In this document: positions 61,002-64,000 of the stretch, in pieces
How positions within the stretch are numbered: position 1 is the stretch's first letter
How the letters are laid out: each line of letters starts with the position of its first letter
NCBI GenBank assembly: GCA_013115145.1
Contig: JAAPAO010000028.1
Span: 1 to 64,000, forward strand
Reading direction: 5' to 3'
DNA: 64,000 nt
From: Perkinsus chesapeaki ATCC PRA-425
Lineage: Eukaryota; Protista; Perkinsozoa
Made by a program: the position numbers and the translations under genes
Notes under the pieces: model-generated
The model's database searches: none
Told to the model about the DNA's origin: nothing
What the model saw: only the letters and a program-made list of their open reading frames with translations

Positions 61002-61441
61002 TGGATAACGTTTCATCCATATCCTTGTTTCGTTCATACCTATGCAATGCTGTGCGGGTGGAAAAACAAGAGTCACGCACCACGAAATTGTCAAGACGCT
61101 TTGTCTTATCCGGCCTTGATTTTTCTGATGTGAATGCCAACGCCGAAGTGGAATTGTAAAAGATACGAAGATTGGTTATTGTATCGTTACGCCTTGGTTT
61201 CGAAACTGGCCTAACCAATGTACTCCACAGTGGTAAAGGGAGACTGTGCGCGCGTGCAAGAATCGGCGTCACCAGCTGACGTCACCGCGAAAAGGCTTCT
61301 CCTTCCACTCCTCCTTTCCTGCGCGCATTGAGCTAATGCTGTGATTGTCGCTGGGGGTTAGATAGTTGTGAAGATAACTGTGAAGAGCAGTGTGGATGTT
61401 ATTAGTGTTTGGGGTGTAGGAATTAGTTCCAGTGATTGTAG

Positions 61442-62508
61442 ATGTCCTCGAGTTCTTCGTCCGGAACAACCAACGGAGGCCGAACATCTGGAACAACTGG
61501 ATCAGCTGCTGACCGCTCCGCCTCGGCTCCACCATTCTCAGGCATCACAGTTGCAGGAGATAGTGAGCCTATAACTCCAATCCAGAAACCCATCGGATTG
61601 CCTTCATGTTCAGATTCAGAGTTTTCCGAAAGAGCGTCAACTCTGGAGCATTCCTTTGTACACCGTCAAGTCCGCTCCGTGTCGACCCTAGAGCGGGATT
61701 CCGGGCACATTGCTGGTGGTGGTTTTGAGACATCCTCCCCAGGCGGTCGACGACCGTGGCATCGGCGAGCGAGGGAGATGCTGGCGGAAGCTGCTGCCCG
61801 AGCCGCCGAAGCAGCAGTTGCTAGCGAAAGGGAGAAAGTAGCTCTTTTCCTATTATAATTGTGGTGTGAAAGTATATTCATTTGTTCAGTTGCAACAAAG
61901 AGGATCGCCACCGGCGACATCGGCAGCAGCAGTGACTGCCGCCGCCCTTGAGCAGAAACTTCGAGAGCAACCCGTGAGAGGCCTCAGGCCAGTACGCCCT
62001 GCTCCGGAGGTATCTTCTTCGAGCAGCACCCAACGAGAAGCAGCAGCAGCCCCATTTATCAAAGCTGGGGCAAGCGCATCATCAACATCCAAGCAGCCGC
62101 CGAGCCGGAGCGGCGCTCAGGAGCACCCGCAGCAGAGGGTGCAAGTGACGCGTCTTAGGGAAGATGCTTTGCAGTTACTGATTGAGAAGGGTTATACCCC
62201 TACAGGTGATCCTGATGGAGGAATGTCCAAGATGACTCCTGAAGAAATTGAGGGATTTATCCCTATTTGAGGGAGCCTCGGATCAATCCTTCACGAGAGC
62301 AATAAATGTGCTCCCTGTCTGTTTTATTCCAAGAATAGGTGTCTTAGAGGCATCAGGTGCCTCTTCTGCCATGAAAGGAGGCCAGATGGACAGCAGCAGC
62401 ACGAAGGCCTCTCCCGCGTTAAGCAGAGAATTCGTCCAAGCAAACGGACTCGGAATCTACTGCGTGCCGTCAGAGAGACACATCCCGATCTTCCTCCAGA
62501 AGAAATGA
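61442..62508 (+). CDS. Hypothetical low-complexity protein (multi-exon)
   Basis: Three consecutive ORF blocks joined by plausible GT-AG introns; Ser/Ala-rich; no domain recognised. Confidence 0.5.
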
Positions 62509-63583
62509 TGAAAGTAATTCAAGATTATAAAAAAGATATTATTGGTCATCACAAGAAGCCATAGCCGTTCATCATTCTCACCATAAAGTCGGATGTATAT
62601 CCTTTCATTTATTAATATCTTGAATAGTTCAACCGCTCTGCTGCTAGGCTTGGAATGCTTGCTGCTGCTATGCCTGGGAGAGGTATTGATAAGCTTCGTC
62701 TCTGAAGCCTCTCTGATATAAAGGCCCTGATGATGATAGTAGTATAAGCAATGTGCATATATACTAGCTGCTTGGTCCTCGACGGTTCCGCTTATTATTT
62801 TTCAACATCTATATTAATTCATAGAGTTGTACCTTCTGTTGGGCGTATAATACCGTCCAGCCATTCGTTATTTATATATCCAAATGCACGTTGCCAAGTG
62901 CTCATCAAATAATAATAATGCTTTAGCAACATTTCAGTTTCTCTTCCTAATAGTCTACCTTGAGTTTGCCTATAGTCAATCATATACAATACAGAGTATC
63001 AGCAAATGTATTCAGCAGAAAACTCAGCGATAACAGCAAGTGCAACGCAGACAGGCGGCGAAACTGCTTTTAACGTGTGAGTAACGGATACAAGAAATTA
63101 CTGCTTTGAATTGAATATGATCCTTACGTTAACGACACAAAAGAGTACCGTAGGCAACGGGTGAAGTACTTAGTTTGTCATGATGCATCCAAAGTAAAAA
63201 CCATGATAGTTATGAACATAAACAGTGTGTGAAAAATGGGTTATTGGGAAGGTTAAAACTGTATCAAACGTCGACGAATCAAAACTTATACCGATTCATG
63301 GTACTAAATTCATCATGGTGTGAGCCGGCTGCGGAAAGAAATTTGTGGTTTAGCTATGGACAGCTGCTCCTTTTATAATAGAGATTCACAGTTCACTCAA
63401 ACGCAACCCAGATACGAGGATCATTTTTTGTGATGCTTATGCTTTTTCTTCTTTTTCTTTTCAAGCTGTTTTTCTTCTTTATCGCTCACCTCGCCATCGC
63501 TCCACAGAAAGTCCCCCTGTCTTAGTGAATTGGGCCTAATAAAGAGCTGAATCTATCCGCCAAAAACCGGCTGCTGCTGCTGC

Positions 63584-64000
63584 TCACATCGCCACAACAT
63601 CCCTCAGCGCTTGCATTTGTTTTTCACGTCGTATCATTCGGTCGGCATATCTAGCCTGAGATAAAGTGCTGCGAGCTGGGCCATCATAGTCACCCACCTT
63701 CTCACGAGCGTGCCGTGCTCGCTCAGCTTCCCAAAATTCTTCTTCATTTGATCGGTGCTCTTTCACAGCATCTGTCTCGTGTTTCCTAAGTCGCTTGCGG
63801 GGCCCATCATCTGAAAACAGCACGCATGCGCTGGAACTCAGGGATATGCAACCTTACCGTGATGGTGTCTAGACGACACGCTGCTGGATTCCCTCTGCAG
63901 TCTACCGCCGGAGGGCGGCCGTCTCTCACTTTCATCGAGCTTCCGCTTCTCCGCCCACATTGCCTGCTTCTCGAGGAAAACGTTGTGGGAGTGTGCCTGA
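63584..64000 (-). CDS. C-terminal exons of a charged, coiled-coil-like hypothetical protein (starts beyond the window)
   Basis: ...KRLRKHETDAVKEHRSNEEEFWEAERARHAREK...ALRDVVAM*, with an upstream exon at ~63850-64000. Confidence 0.5.

Overview
Eukaryotic, gene-dense, intron-rich DNA (mostly 30-60 nt GT-AG introns). Gene content (EF-hand/NCS-PIP5K fusion, cyclophilin-SYF2 fusion, chorismate synthase, single-zinc DnaJA) points to a myzozoan alveolate, most likely a perkinsid (inference; no database search was run). There are three zones. (1) 1-26 kb: a minus-strand cluster (Argonaute-like N-terminus, PRP38A, chorismate synthase, NCS-PIP5K, a low-complexity protein, a Spinster-type MFS transporter), then plus-strand DUF3431-like and HEI10-like genes; several introns hold AT-rich minisatellites. 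(2) About 26-38.8 kb: a mobile-DNA graveyard with two LTR-retrotransposon remnants, DNA-transposon-like ends, a Helentron/HINE-like element, tRNA pseudogenes and two intronless secreted/membrane ORFs. (3) 39-64 kb: tandem HACD and tandem DnaJ genes on minus, then a plus-strand cluster (RPC1, Cyp-SYF2, USP, CstF-50, hypothetical). The strongest unexplained signal is in zone 2. At least ten exact 22-bp structures follow the pattern X1-7, comp(X8), revcomp(X2-7), comp(X1), X2-8, which is the scar expected when an 8-bp-TSD, flank-hairpinning (hAT-type) transposon excises. Removing these scars restores reading frame in the retroelement and the D-loop of a tRNA-Val. A recurring ~17-bp motif in either orientation inside tiny introns is a second unexplained signal. 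All spliced gene models were assembled by eye, so boundaries are approximate.
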